A stretch of 64,000 nucleotides of DNA from Ptychomitrium polyphyllum (lineage: Eukaryota). This document shows, piece after piece, positions 1-13,308 of this stretch (positions within the stretch are counted from its first letter, which is position 1; every line of letters begins with the position of its first letter). The translations under genes and the position numbers were made by a program. Where the stretch lies: the NCBI GenBank assembly GCA_973851085.1, contig OZ316775.1, positions 15,500,001-15,564,000 on the forward strand, given 5' to 3'. The notes under the pieces were generated by a model, which made no database searches, had not been told where the DNA came from, and saw only the letters and a program-made list of their open reading frames with translations.

Positions 1-95
1 CTTATAAACCCTCTCAGAGAGTACTGGTTTCTTGTTCGAGAGCCTCGAGGATGAAATTATCATGCTGAGGTTGGCTGTGTTGGGTGGCATGGCAG

Positions 96-573
96 CTATG
101 TGGTTGACGCTGCAGACAAGGACAATGTTGCAATCTCTAAAAATGAGCTGCATGATCTGCTGAATAAGCCCTCTCTTCATGGTATTCCACTGCTTGTGCT
201 CGGTAACAAAATCGATAAGCCTGAGGCGATCTCAAAGCAAGCTCTTATTGATCAAATGTGTGTTTTCTTACTCTTTAAATTTCATTGTTAAAGACTATGT
301 AAAAGACAAAGCAGGAATGTAGTGAATATGACTATGGAAGATGTAGTTGTAGGTTATTAGTGATGATGGACTAGTTCTCAATGTACTTGAAATGTGTAGT
401 GCTTGGTAATGTTGTTGCTGATGTGTGCTCGTTGGTGGCTTTGTGAACACAGGGGTTTATCAGGATTGAGTGACAGGGAGGTGGCATGCTATACTATTTC
501 ATGCAAAAACTCAACCAACATTGACATTGTTATTGACTGGCTTGTGAAGCACTCAAAGACTGCCAAGAGTTGA
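96..573 (+). CDS. ARL8: ADP-ribosylation factor-like GTPase 8, last two exons (96-257, 453-573); 5' part lies outside the window
   Basis: Spliced translation [42 protein letters not shown]...[41 protein letters not shown]4 motif NKID and ARL8-type C-terminus; GT at 258, AG at 451-452. Confidence 0.93.
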
Positions 574-2078
574 TCGAAATTGCATCAATTAGAATGCTTT
601 CTACCTTTCAGGAGTTGTAGCCACAAGCTTGAATTATCCGTTAATGTGTCATATGTTCAAGGTTGTAATCAAATTGTGATTAGTTATAGTAAGGAGGTTT
701 CAGAGAAAAGGTAATTTTATGCACCTTTTTTTGTAGAGCTACAGAGAATCTTTTAGCAAATTTAGGGAAGCATAGTTTCTATTCAGATTCTTTTGTCTGG
801 TTAGTGATGGCCTTGTGTATACAATTCCACGTTCATCAAATAGGTTTGTATGTATACGTTGATAATCTAGTCGCCTTGAAGTTCACATGCTGACTTGTCT
901 CTTTGTCTTCCTCTTGGAATAAAGACTTGCATGGCAAGGTTCCACTTACTAAATCGTCTTGGGACATGGGGTTTCTGGAAGTGGAAGTACACAGACGCAA
1001 GCACTCTGAGAGTTGCAGGACCCACTTTCAATGGGCTTATCAGCGTACAGAGTGGATCTCCAAACTGTCGTCATGGAATCTTTCTGGTTGATTGTGACTT
1101 GCATTCAGAACTAAGTATTTTCATGTCCAGGAAGAGCATGACATGTTCCTAATATGGGGACCTACTCGTTCTTTACATAGGGGCCCGGGATTAATAGGGA
1201 GATAAGCTTACTCCTTAATCAACTAATGATGTCTCAAGAAGTGGAGTGCACAAATTGGTGAAGTGAACTGGAGAACCGTTGCTGTAACAGACTTGGGCAG
1301 CGGGATGACAGCCGACCCCGTGAGAAACGATAGCAAGTAGTACTCTACTGTTTCTTTTAGCAGCTGTTTCTCAACGAAAAAATCTTATTCTAACCTTGAG
1401 TTGAAAATACTGATCATTGGTATGTCCAAAGCTTGTGGATTGCGATCTTTACAATGATCATGACTTGATATGGTGACCATTGACCGTTGGCATGGTGACC
1501 AAACTGCCTTTGTTCGAGATCCCTGCGGGCTCAGTTTGTTTGGCTTTATGCTTCCACCTCCTGCCTTCGCACTTGGGGTTCTTGACATTCGAATCAGACT
1601 TTCTTGAATGAATCTCTTCGAATCACCGTGCTCTACTGTTTCAAAACTTCAAGAAGTGTTTAGTTGCAGCGTCCACGTTTAGTAGATACTTTTCAACACA
1701 ATAATCCCGCTTTCTAGCGAGTTTGTGGAGTGCTTTCATACCGCTCCACCACAGGTCGTCCGTAGGTGAGATATAGTTGACCTGGATTGCTTGTATGTCG
1801 CAGTCAAAAAAATTGAAGGGCGAAGGTTTACAAATTTTGGTTTCATGCAAAAAAAGCTGTTGCTCAATCTCCTTTTCTGCACTCGAAATTGGCTCCTAAG
1901 TAAGAAGATGGTTCTACACATGACAGGGATCCTGGATGGTTGTTCGCACATTCGTCCTTAGCTGTTTCAAATTTTAAATTCATTGGAAGACGAGTTCTGG
2001 TTTCCAAATGGCTACACTCCTCTCAGGAGTATAACTGGTAGTTCCCTGTGCGCGGACGAGGAACCAAATATCAACGCC

Positions 2079-4142
2079 ATGCCGGTTAACATATGCCAAC
2101 CTCCTGCGGGGAAGCCGTCTTTGACACGCACAACAGGGGCGTCATCGTTCGACATTTTCAGACGTAAAACCGACCCACCGTATGCAACACCGTTCGCAAC
2201 TCGTGTGTACAACGACTCTGTCGTGACGGATAGAAATCCATTCCTGGAGGCTGCTCGCGACATAGAAGACGACGACCACAACATCAAACCAAGCCGCTCC
2301 AATCGGCCAGTAAATCCGGTAGCTAGCTATCCACCGTTACAACTGTTTCGTTGGTCGGTGATTAGTCGCAGACTAGTGCCTAAGCTGAAGCTCACCAATT
2401 TTCTTTTCACTGCAGGCATTTGCAAGAGGAGCGAGCCACATCAGGTTTGGCGAGAGCATGACTCCACAAGAAGCAGAGGCGTCGTTTAAAAGGTGAACTT
2501 TAAATGAGTTTTAACAGGATATATTATATTGACGCCTCGTGTACTTTGTTTTCGGTGGAAAATCGTTAGTGAAATTGGATGGTGTATGGTTTCACGAATT
2601 GCAGGAGGCCCGGCTCTGAATGCAGGCATCGGGATATGGGAGGGAACCGCATTTTTCAGGGACCGTATCCAGTCATGGAGGATTGCGGTGGTGATAGGTC
2701 GGACATAACTGGTTGCTGTCCTAAGGTAATGTGTTCCATTCTGGTCGCCAATGTTGTCTCGTTGCGATTTAAAAATTCCACTGTCATATCCTTTGCAAGT
2801 TGGATGTACTGTCTACACGAGGTATTGATCTTCAACCCTCTGGCGTATCAAGAGAAGACAAATTTTGAAAGGAACGCAACTTGCATTGGGCTTGAAGCAG
2901 TCACAGGCCGAAAAGGGAAGTTTCAAATTTAGTGCAAGCGGAACTGATGCTTGAACTTGAGGAATTTGTTGATCCACAGCGCCCCACCTCAAGTAGCAAA
3001 GCCCAGGAGCTTGCAGGTCACAACGTGTTTGCCTTCCCCAACGCACCTGACACGCCGCCGCCACCTCCGCGAGTGCCATATATGCCCGAGGAGAGGGTCA
3101 TCCCACCACACGACATGCCCCGTAATGTATGTGTATTCAATTCTTCGAAATAACAGGCTTGTTCCATTGCTTCAGCTTGATCAATTTGCTAAGTCATGCT
3201 ATTTAATAGAACATACGTGAAGTCCAGGTTTCATTTTTAGTAAGTTATAGAGTTCAATTCACAGAAACTGACAGAATGATTCATCTGGGTTCTTATTCGT
3301 ACGCAGCCAAAAAAGCTGGAAAGCCATATGCAGATTGGAGGCCCCATATGCGTCGAACCAAAGAGACCCTCAACGTGCCCCTCTCCATCTTTCACATCAT
3401 ATGAAAGACTGTACAATGGCGCTGAAAACGACGTGATTACCAGGGCACGACAAGTTGAGGAGGCGAAGATGCGTGCTTTTCAAGGAAACCACATCTTCGA
3501 TTTCAACGATGAGCCACGAAATGCAGCAGAGGATGAAGAGCATTTTACCATCAGTAAGTTGGCAAGACGTCGTGACATTAGAGGCAACGACATATTTGGA
3601 GAAGGCAGGCCTGGCGACCCTCGGAGCCTCAGAACTCCAGCACGTTGTGGCAAACGGCATGTGGGCCCTTGTTCTCAACAGTCTTTGGCTGTAGACCCGC
3701 AATTACTCAGAGTTAACGACCCTGCCCGGTACCTGACAACCTGTGTACGAGATTCATGTAATGGTAAACTTATTTCAACCTCTGGCACAGCAATGGATAT
3801 GATCCTTTAGTGCTCCCTGTTTGAACCAACATCCGATAGCTAGATGATATTCACGTTTTGCTTCTTAGACTTGCATGGTGCGTCAGAAGCAAGAATCAAA
3901 AACATCTTGGCTCGCAACTTTGTGGATCTTGGAGCTAGAGCAGATAGAGGAACCAGGGAACGTAAGTTTGAGTTAGAGATGTTGTGTCTTTAAGGAAAGA
4001 ATTAACCTAGTTCCCACTTACACGATCTTTTTGTTGTCATAGGATGGGAAGAAGGAGAAGGTATAAGAATATAGCTTTGTTGTAAATTAACTAAATGCTT
4101 GAATAATCGATTAAAAGCATGTGTGATTTGCTTCCAGGTTAG
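2079..4142 (+). CDS. DUF4057-like protein with repeated GxxIF motifs; approximate exons 2079-2309, 2416-2492, 2605-2697 or 2725, ~2901-3126, 3307-3763, 3869-3961, 4043-4060, 4138-4142
   Basis: Motifs ASHIRFGESMTPQEAEASFKR|RPGSECRHRDMGGNRIF, KAQELAGHNVF, KMRAFQGNHIF and RRDIRGNDIFG resemble plant DUF4057 repeats (K/RExxGxxIF). Most junctions are phase-consistent; the start codon and the exon 3/4 junction are uncertain. Confidence 0.7.
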
Positions 4143-7045
4143 CGAGGGACGATCTCAAGTATCCTGAGGTTCTTCAGAGCCGGTGCAACTTGTGATGAGG
4201 ATCCGTCTAAGGAGACAAAAGAGTAGCTATACCAAATATCAAAGAAGTCGAGAGTGGAATACAGTGCTAGTCCTGCGCTCAAAAGTGGAGCAAAAGACTT
4301 TGAGAGCAATATTCTATCCAGTGAATTCTGGTCCAAGGTAGTTGCATTGCAGGAGTCAGTTCTTTACACTGAGGTCTACTGGCCCTGCAAAATGTGCAAA
4401 TTATGAACACAACTCTATACAGTCGCTGCTGCTTTGAACCGCAACACTCGATTCCAAACCAGCTGGTTGTCTGCTTACGCCTTGGAAGATTCATATATGC
4501 ACTATTCTTGTCAGTTACTATACGGGCTGAACCTCTGCATGTTTGAGAAGATTCCTTTACTTTTGATCGCCTTAACATACAAGTTTTTACAGACTTGGTT
4601 AAGCCACGTTGTCATACAGCCATCTCACTACAGTAGTTTGTGGTTCAAGGCCACACATAGAGAACATTATAAGCTCAATTCAAACGGTGAGTCAATGCTT
4701 ACATGGAAACATACCCTCGTCTGCAACCTAGCAAATTCGTTTTCTTCCGAGGTTCTATAGTATTCCATTGCATAAAGATGACAGGTTTGACACTGTTTGT
4801 TTGTTCAATTATTCACTGCTGTAACATACGTGCAATTATTAAGTGAAGGTTTCAACTCTTACAGACGAAATGGCACAACTTTTGACAGACGTAGAAGAAA
4901 GTAGCACTAGAAGTGGCTTGTGTGTCACTCGGTAACCAGGGGCGTCACCCCCAATGACTATTTTAATATTTCCTAAATAAGATTTACTTTACAATTAGGG
5001 CCTGAGAGCACACTCAAACCATCCCAATCCTCCTGTATTTCTATGAAAACCCTCTTACAAGAATAAAACTGCTAGATTCTTCTATATCCGGCCCAAGAAG
5101 TTCACTCTATCCTATATAACACAAATCCTTGAGCTTTTGTAACAAACTTGTGCAACGTGGGTTAGGTTTACCAAGGTCACCTTATAATTCAATCAACCCC
5201 ATTTCTGCCAGAAATCAATTCAATTGCTACTCAATATGGTCACATATCAAAATTTATATTTTCAAATATCTACTTTTTTCCACAAAAGAAAGATTCTTAA
5301 AAAAAATTCTCATAAATTAATTAGTGACAAATCTACCATATGAGTACAATACTATACAAATTCAAATGGTTTTATGACTCAAAAGTTCCATGTTATTGAT
5401 GTTACAAAGGTCATGTGCCATTGAGTTCCTTTGTAGAACTTCAACTAAGGTAAAAACTAGGTTGAAAATAACATAATAATATGGTCATGTTTGAACTTGA
5501 TCCCTTTACCACCCAAAATTCACTTATGAACTTACTTCTTTCTTCCACTCTTTTGTATTTATGATTACATATTGAAGTACATATTTAATACAAAAGAATT
5601 TTGCCACTTGATTTAAGTACAACTTTCAATGAATTTTATTTTTTTAAGCAAATAAGATGAATTTATAAAAACTTCTATTGCATATAATTGTTTGAAGGCT
5701 GGCTTAAATTATCAATGTTGATTTATTGTGAATTGCTCTCGCAAGATTCACAATGTTTTTAGCTTGTTTGGAGCCTTATGCCTAATAGTATTATTTATGA
5801 ATACTTTAAATATTGACTTTAATTGTAATAATATTCTTTAAACATTTTAAAAGTGAATGGAATCTTTTTTCAACAAATAAGAAATGTGTAGAAAGCATGT
5901 ACTAGCACTAATAATGTATCAAATATTCTTATATTTTGATTTCAAAGAAATGCTTCAAAAAGCTTACTTGAAATATGGTTAAGAATGCAATGTAATCAAC
6001 ATCTTTATTCATATGGCAAGAACTACCAAATAATTTCTTTTATATCTTCTTACAACATAAAATTCTTTATAAACCTTATTACAACATTAAAAAATAACAT
6101 AAAACAAAGACATCAAATTCAAAAATTATTTTCAAAATGTAAGTAAATTATTTCGAAATTCCATGGATGAAGTCAATGACTTTCACATGCCATATTACTT
6201 ATTAAAAGAGTTTGTTTTGGGATTTTTCAAATGACAATTTGATATTAGATCATATATAATATTATTTGGTGTGATATGCAAAATGATATATCATTCATAT
6301 AACTTTGTAACTCAAAGCTCCTAATTACAAAATAAACTTATAAAATATTGAGCTTATGTCCATATTAGCTCATCACTCACCATTTGGATCAAAATAAGCT
6401 TTTTTTAAATTTCCTTCAACATCAAATATATCATTAAAATTTTAAAAGAAAAGGGTTGCATTATATATTAATGATAAGACAAAGTTTGCTTTCCAACTTA
6501 TTTAAACAATTTGCAAATCAAAAGTACCAAAACAACAATCTGTGTTTTTTGTTACTTTTAAGGAAATGATAAAAAATTTATAAAAAAAACGACATCAAGC
6601 TTATTATAAGGTTTTTAAATAGTTGGATGAAACAACCAAATTCTAACGAATATACTGAGAATACATGGTTTACAAAGTTCAATATAAAGTATTAAAAAAA
6701 CACATCTGTATGCTTTAAGGAAAAAATAAAAATAAAATCTACCTACAGTTTGCCACCGTATCATTTACCCAAAATCCAAAGAAAATCCCAAAGCTGTTAT
6801 AAAAATATGCAATAAATTAATTCCACAGGTCTAAAAATCAAAATGGTTCCATCGTTTCAAAAGAGAGCAAAATACAGAGAAAAGGAAAAAGTCGCTCTTT
6901 GAAGAATTCTGGACCATTTTGGAAGGGCCAGCAGAATTGCCCTTCTTTTAGATTACCCTTCTCAAACAGTATGGGCCCTACTAAATAGAACAACCAGCCT
7001 AAAACGAAACGCGACTAAATGAATTCCCAAATGAAGTTCCAGGAA

Positions 7046-7074
7046 CGCCATCGCCATCGCCATCGCCATCGCCA
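7046..7074. repeat. (CGCCAT)4-5 hexanucleotide microsatellite
   Basis: cgccatcgccatcgccatcgccatcgcca read directly. Confidence 0.9.
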
Positions 7075-7141
7075 AAGCTCCCAGAAGCTTCCACCACCAA
7101 CAATGAAAATTACATCCCCTCACGCCCATCTCGCCTGCCCC

Positions 7142-7506
7142 CATGGCCGCGCGAAAGCGGCCATGGTCAACCGCGCATAGCGTCGATGCAGCGGACGCTC
7201 TGACGCGCAGTCTGCGAGGGCCGCGTTCGTGCGCCGGCTGCGGACGGTCAAACCCCGGGTAGCGGAGCTTGCGGAGGAGGAGTATGCTTTCAAGGAGCGC
7301 GGACAGCCGGCGGGATTGGCTGGATGATTGTTCTTGGTGGCTCGCAGCTGAGCAGCATCTACATGGTGGCACAGGGCCCACGTCTGATTTATGACCTCGC
7401 AAGCTGAGTCGCGGCACATAGGACGTATAATGAAGGTGCATCTGAAAACGACGGGGAAAGTCCTTCGGGCACGCTGGGGATGAAGGGGGCCCGATTCTGC
7501 CCCTAG
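7142..7506 (+). pseudogene. Possible degenerate GRAS (SHR/SCL32-like) domain fragment
   Basis: GC-rich island. One frame reads AAMVNRA*RRCSGRSDAQSARAAFVRRLRTVKPRVAELAEEE, similar to the GRAS PFYRE-region pattern AVNC...RDAFLxxLRxLxPRVVTVVEEE. A shifted frame gives GPRLIYDLAS...LGMKGARFCP. Stops and frameshifts are present. Confidence 0.35.
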
Positions 7507-9198
7507 TAGCGCATGACCCATTTTAGAAGCCCGTCCCTGCCTGGGTTTTCCGTTTGGTCGAAAGGGATTTGCGAGCTTAGGTGCCGTTACCGCGCGCGAA
7601 GGCGGGGTTTTCGTTGCCGGGAGACTCTTTGAGGAACTCCACAGGGTCCGTTTTGACGAGCTTTTTAGTTTTCTGCGACAGAATTTAATATTCTGTAGTT
7701 TGCTTAAAAGTGGGGCTCAGGTTTTTTAATTTTATTATGGTGATAATGATGCGGCCGTGGTTGAGTTCGTAGGACCTGTTTCTTGGGGATGCCTGTGCGG
7801 AAGCCTTTGTGAAAGACTCTGTGGAAGCCTTTGCGGAAGGCATCCGATGGTGTAGTGATTGAGTAGGTGGCAGACTTGTTGGGATTGTTGTGCTTGTACG
7901 GAACGGAGGCTTTACCTCGCGTTGGTGATAAAGAGTGGCCCTGTTTTGATGCTGCGGTATCACTCCACAGCACTCTTCTGGCCTTCGTTTCTGGATCTTG
8001 GCTTTCTACTGGTGGACGCTTGTATTTCCTTGAGAGCTGGCTGACTTTCGTTTTGGTTCCGTCTGTACTCCTGTACGCCAAGGACGTGAGGTTCGCCCAT
8101 GGGCTCTATTCGGTGCTGGCTTTCTTCAGCCTGGGGGAAGGGATTTGGAAGAACCGTTTTGATGTCTTTGTTGTGTGTTTGACCCTAAGAGTGCCTCAAG
8201 TGTCGTCGTTGCCTGCTTAGCTTGATGTTGATCGTGCACAAGGTTTGAGCTTGGGGATTTTTTTCCTGCTAATTTTGGGTATGCGATGAATCTTGACGGA
8301 TATTGGACACAAAGCCTCCGGCAGGCTGTGATTCCGCTTCTTGTCATATTATTTTATGAATTTTGAGTGGTCTTCAGTTGATGTTTTCGTTTCTCCTACC
8401 GAGTTTCCACTCTAGAGGCATTGATGGTCCTGTCCGCGTTATTTAAGTTTTCTGTGCTTGGTAGATGGGAGGGTCGTGTTTACATGATTGCAGTTCTTCT
8501 TATACTATATTCTGTCTTCCCATGCATTTAACTCCGTAGGGAGGTAACAACCAGTTACTGGTTGATGAATACCTTCAACCTCCGATATTTTTGGAATGGG
8601 ATGAGATATTCTCTCCATCCATTTTTGCCAAGGTACCAACAATTTGGATTCTCAGGCGGACTTTGTATCAAGTTTTTATAATCAATGAAGTAGAATTATG
8701 TTCAATCGTTTAGTCTAAGTTTTTGAGCTTATGGTTTTATACATTTGAAAAACTTTAAAAATTCACTACATTTAGTATGTCGCATTTCAAATCCTTCACA
8801 ACAAACCTTATTCAAAGGTTGCTAATATTTTTTCTCTACTTAATTTATAAAGGAACTTTGATTTGTAAGTTCGAAGTTTTCTACAAGAATATTGGTGGTG
8901 TAAGCATCGAATTCAAGCGTATAGGTGTACACCATAATGCAAACCCTGCAATTTTTTCTTCCACATCAATTTCGAATTCCGGGGTGTTCGTCTTACTAGT
9001 ATTTTATAATGGATCCGTGTAAATCGTCAAAACATGAGATGAGTAGGATCCTTATAGGGATGAGTTTTGTGCTTTTCTGTTGCGCTGATCTTTCACTTGG
9101 CGGGTGTTGCTGCAGTTTGTTTGGTTCCCAAGCGTGGTGTGAAGGGGAAGCTACGGTCTGGTTCTGGGGAGTTAATTTGACATCGTAGTGTTTGAAAG

Positions 9199-12100
9199 AT
9201 GGGAGACGCCGCGGAGGTGGGGCGTCGTAGCAGACGCAGCTTGGAAAGGTATGAGGGAATGAAAATACCTGACTACATATTGGAACTTGGAAAGTCTAGT
9301 GAAGGCGAAGCAGCAACGCTGCCAAAGACTCCAATTATCGTCTTTGTAAATTCGAAAAGTGGAGGTCAGCTTGGTGGTGCAATCATCAAGTCCTTCCGTG
9401 ATATTCTAAACTCAAAGCAGGTATTTCTTGAGAATTGCGCCTTCTAGCTACGTTTAGAAATCACTGCTAGTAGTGCTGGTGCCTGAGAGTAGTTTGGGCT
9501 AGATATTCATTTTTATGTAGACGTGAGTATTTCACAGGAGCATTTCTCCCAGCATCGGGATTTTGACGTGTTCCAAATCCAGGTTTATGATCTGGCTGAC
9601 GAGAAGCCTGAGGAAGTATTGCACAAACTTTTGGGACATCTTGAGAAGCTCAAGGAGGATGGGGACGAGACTGCGACTCACGTACGGACACACTTGCGTG
9701 TGATTGTAAGATTCTTTCTTCAATGCTTTTTTCAAAATGCTCCTTATGTCAACTTTCAGGACACGTATTACGTCTAAAACACCAGTGAGTTGAGCTGCAC
9801 TGGAAGATCTCAGCGGTCCAGAAGACAGATTGAACCTTGATTTCTTTGTAGTCACGATCCATAAAATGGTCAGTTAAGGCAATGACTTAAATTTGGATGT
9901 CTACATATGTGAGAAGTAGACCTTCTTTAAATACAGCGGAATTCTGGTATCGTGGTTTAGAGTGTAAATTGCCATCTTAAAATGCTTTATCTGACTTTTT
10001 TGAGGTTGACAGGTGGCAGGAGGAGATGGCACGGCCGGATGGTTGCTTGGAATAATGGGTGATATGAAGCTGGACCATCCTCCACCAATCGCAACAATGC
10101 CGCTTGGCACAGGAAACAACTTACCTTATTCCTTCGGTTGGGTAAGTTCCCAGCTTTAGCGATTTCCGGATAGTGGTTTATGTTTTATTTTGAGCAATCT
10201 GAGTTTGACCATCTATGACTGGTTTCGAGTTGCAGGGCAAGAAGAACCCTGGTACAGATGTCAGAGCTGTTCGGAAATTTTTGAAAGAGGTTGCGCGGGC
10301 TAATCCTATAAAAGTCGACAGGTATTGCTTCGTTCATAACAGTATTTAAGTAGTGGCTTTACATCTCCCTGCGGCATATTATGGGCACACTATTAAAAGG
10401 TCGCTGCATTACTTTTGAATAAATCGAATTTATAGAAAAATATGGGGTAAAATCCCTTAGCAAGAGTACATGAATTTTTTACTAAAGCGTTATGGGGTGC
10501 TGGTGGGGTTGCAGTTGGCATGTCACAATGAAGATGGCTCTGGAGGACGAGAAGGATTCTATGGAGCCCGTGAAAGTACCTCACTCATTACATTCATTCC
10601 ATCGGATTGTTGACCCCGAAGAACATGAGGCAAGAATTCGCAGCCTGCAGTTGTCGATTATACAGTTTTATTACGGACAAACTCCTATTAGAGTTACAAT
10701 CATAACCTTTTAAGCATACCTCTATGTTAAACAATTTTTTAATCTCAAACACTTTCTCAAGAGTGTTATTAATTGTTAACCGAACTCAAACCATGAAATG
10801 TTGAGTATGCTCAAACAAGCGTTAACTTCCTATTTTAACTTCCATTATCAGTGGACGTTAACAACAAAACATCAACAAGTTAATCATTGAAGAACAAGAA
10901 GGTAGGGTAATGAATCACATCTAATGACTCTTTTCTGAACCAAATGATATTCTGTATCGAGATTGTCAAGCACCTCTGTTGAAGGGCGCTTCAGCGCAAG
11001 CTCTTGTATCTAAGACATCCTACTGCTGTAAAGAATTGATCATAAATCATTTTGTTAGTTATCCCCTTCTTAACTTGACAGGTGCGGCATCAAGTTTAAC
11101 CTCACTAAGGTTTGCTGTTTAAGAAGAGTAATGAGCAGCTGTGCATCTCTGACTTTTGGATATAATAAGCTAGCGCGAGGAATGGTATTGCAGTGGTTTT
11201 GACGTCGAAATATCTCACGTTGCAGGGTAGACGTATCACCTTTCGGGGGGGATTCTGGAACTATTTCAGTATTGGTTAGTATTCATCTAATGCTTGATGA
11301 CATGTCCTTTTTAATTTCTGATATTTTGACTATATCGAGGCTGCAATTTGCCAATTGTATTATTTCATTAATGACCAATGAGTTTGGGGATCCCACTTGG
11401 GATATGATAGGCATGGACGCTCAAGTAGCGTATACATTCCACTCTGAAAGACAAAATCACCCAGAGAAATTCAAAAATCAGTTTACCAATCAGGTTGGTA
11501 GTCAATTCTTTGATTCTTTCTTGTTCTCAGGCATTGCATACATGCACTTCATTTGGGCTATTTGAAGTTTTAGATTTTAGTGCTCGAGATTTGTTATTCT
11601 TTGGATACATGTCTAAAATTTTGCTTGTTTTAATGCAGTTTCAATATGCAAAGCTTACATGTGCGCAACACTGGTTCTGTGCATCCTGCTTCCATCCTGC
11701 CTCCAGGTACGTAATTGCATACATAGTTGTTGCATTGCGTTACATGGAATTATCATATTTCTTTTGACAGTGGTTCATGGGAAAAGTCATATGATTTGTT
11801 GGTCAGTTTAAGTCTGTTAGTAATTCGTATCGTAGCTCAGTATCGTCATCCAGGCTTGATATACATTTGAAGGGGTTACTGCTTGTTGTGCATTCACCTC
11901 TAGTGTTGACGCTTAAACGATGTTTACCTTGCGTCTAACTTTCATGCTTTTAGTAGTAAGAATATCCTGCAGTAGGAGTGGTAAGTTGAGGAGAAAATGG
12001 AAGGGTAGATCTTAGAATTGATTACCGAAGTGGGTTTTAATTCAGAAATATCAACCAATTGGCGAAGATAAAAATTGCAAAGAAAGGTGAACCATGGCAA

Positions 12101-13308
12101 GATTTGGAAGTTTCAAGAAGGTATTGGCAAACCTATTGTGCCAGGCATCTTAAGTTTTTACTAGTAATCGCGCTGTAGTTTTAGTTTCTCTTATATACAC
12201 CAGAATGCAGATGATCATGTCTACTTTTCTTGAAAAAGTGTCTACCAATAGTTCACACTAACCGACAATTCGGGATGCAGCATCCGGGCAATCGTGGTGC
12301 TTAACCTTCCAAGTTTTTCTGGGGGTCTCAATCCCTGGGGCACGCCAAGTGATAAGAAATCCAAGAAAGTGAGTGCCTGCTTCCTCAAAATGAATTCAGC
12401 ATATAACATTTTAACCTTATTTCACGACATTTTAAGGACATTTGAGCTCCACGTGAGGATCTATTTCTCGCCGAAGTTTGATGTTTGCACAGCATGCACG
12501 ATATTCAGACGAGGTTTGAGTACCTTATCTTCGTCCTATCATACACATAGAATTGTTTCGATGATTGTGATCAGTTATTGACAAAGAATGATACGGTATT
12601 GTGAATAGAGGGGGCTCACGGCACCATTTGTTGATGATGGACTTCTGGAGGTTGTTGGTTTCAAGGACGCTTGGCATGGGGCCGTCCTCTTTACCCCTAA
12701 TGGCCATGGAGTGCGGCTTGCACAGGTTAGTTGTGTTTCCTTTCCACGGGTCTACTATACTTTTTCTCTTGTTTCTGCTTATAGTATACTGTACGACAGG
12801 TTAAGTAACACCTCATGGTGGTAGTTATGTAAAGATAGCAAGTTATTGTATACAGCATCCCTTATCTATTGATAGTTTTTCAGTTGGAATGAGACGTCAT
12901 CAACGTAACGACTTACAAGAGTAATTTTGTGGCCGACAGACACACAGGCTAAGAGTGGAGTTTCACTCCGGAGTAGCAACCGAGACATACATGCGCATGG
13001 ATGGTGAACCATGGCTGCAGCCATTGCCAAAGACACCAAAGCCAACAGTGCTTGAAATCACACAGCTCGGACAATCACTTGTTCTAGCTACAAGGAAAAG
13101 TATCGCCAGGGCAGACTCAACTGCTCCTTTGATGAAACCTGGTGATGAAGTTGGAGTGAAGGACCACGATGGAGTCAATTGGAACGAGGATCAGATGGCA
13201 ACAGGCCCGAGATCCTCCTCATCGTCCTCGTCTTCTTCTGATGATGACTCAAATCTGAAACTCAAGTTTGGAGCTGCTACAACATTCCGCAGAAGAGACG
13301 TCCAGTAG
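9199..13308 (+). CDS. DGK: Diacylglycerol kinase, plant cluster III (DGK5/6-like); exons ~9199-9420, 9582-9705, 10013-10141, 10236-10321, 10515-10629, 11226-11274, 11411-11493, 11639-11706, 12046-12120, 12281-12368, 12609-12725, 12940-13308
   Basis: Motifs [89 protein letters not shown] and C-terminal KFGAATTF; no C1 domains. Confidence 0.95.

Noticed and set aside
895..1951. Short ORFs between ARL8 and the DUF4057-like gene
   Set aside because: No motifs or consistent splice model; likely UTR or intergenic.
4950..6900. AT-rich tract as a transposon (also 31200-34000, 47700-48900, 63000-63400)
   Set aside because: No TIRs, LTRs, TSDs or coding remnants could be defined by eye; may be old non-autonomous repeats and needs a repeat-library search.
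7685..8347. ORFs of 61-125 aa upstream of DGK, including a hydrophobic 7867-8220 ORF
   Set aside because: Several have non-ATG starts and none shows homology cues; the region looks like the DGK leader/intron.
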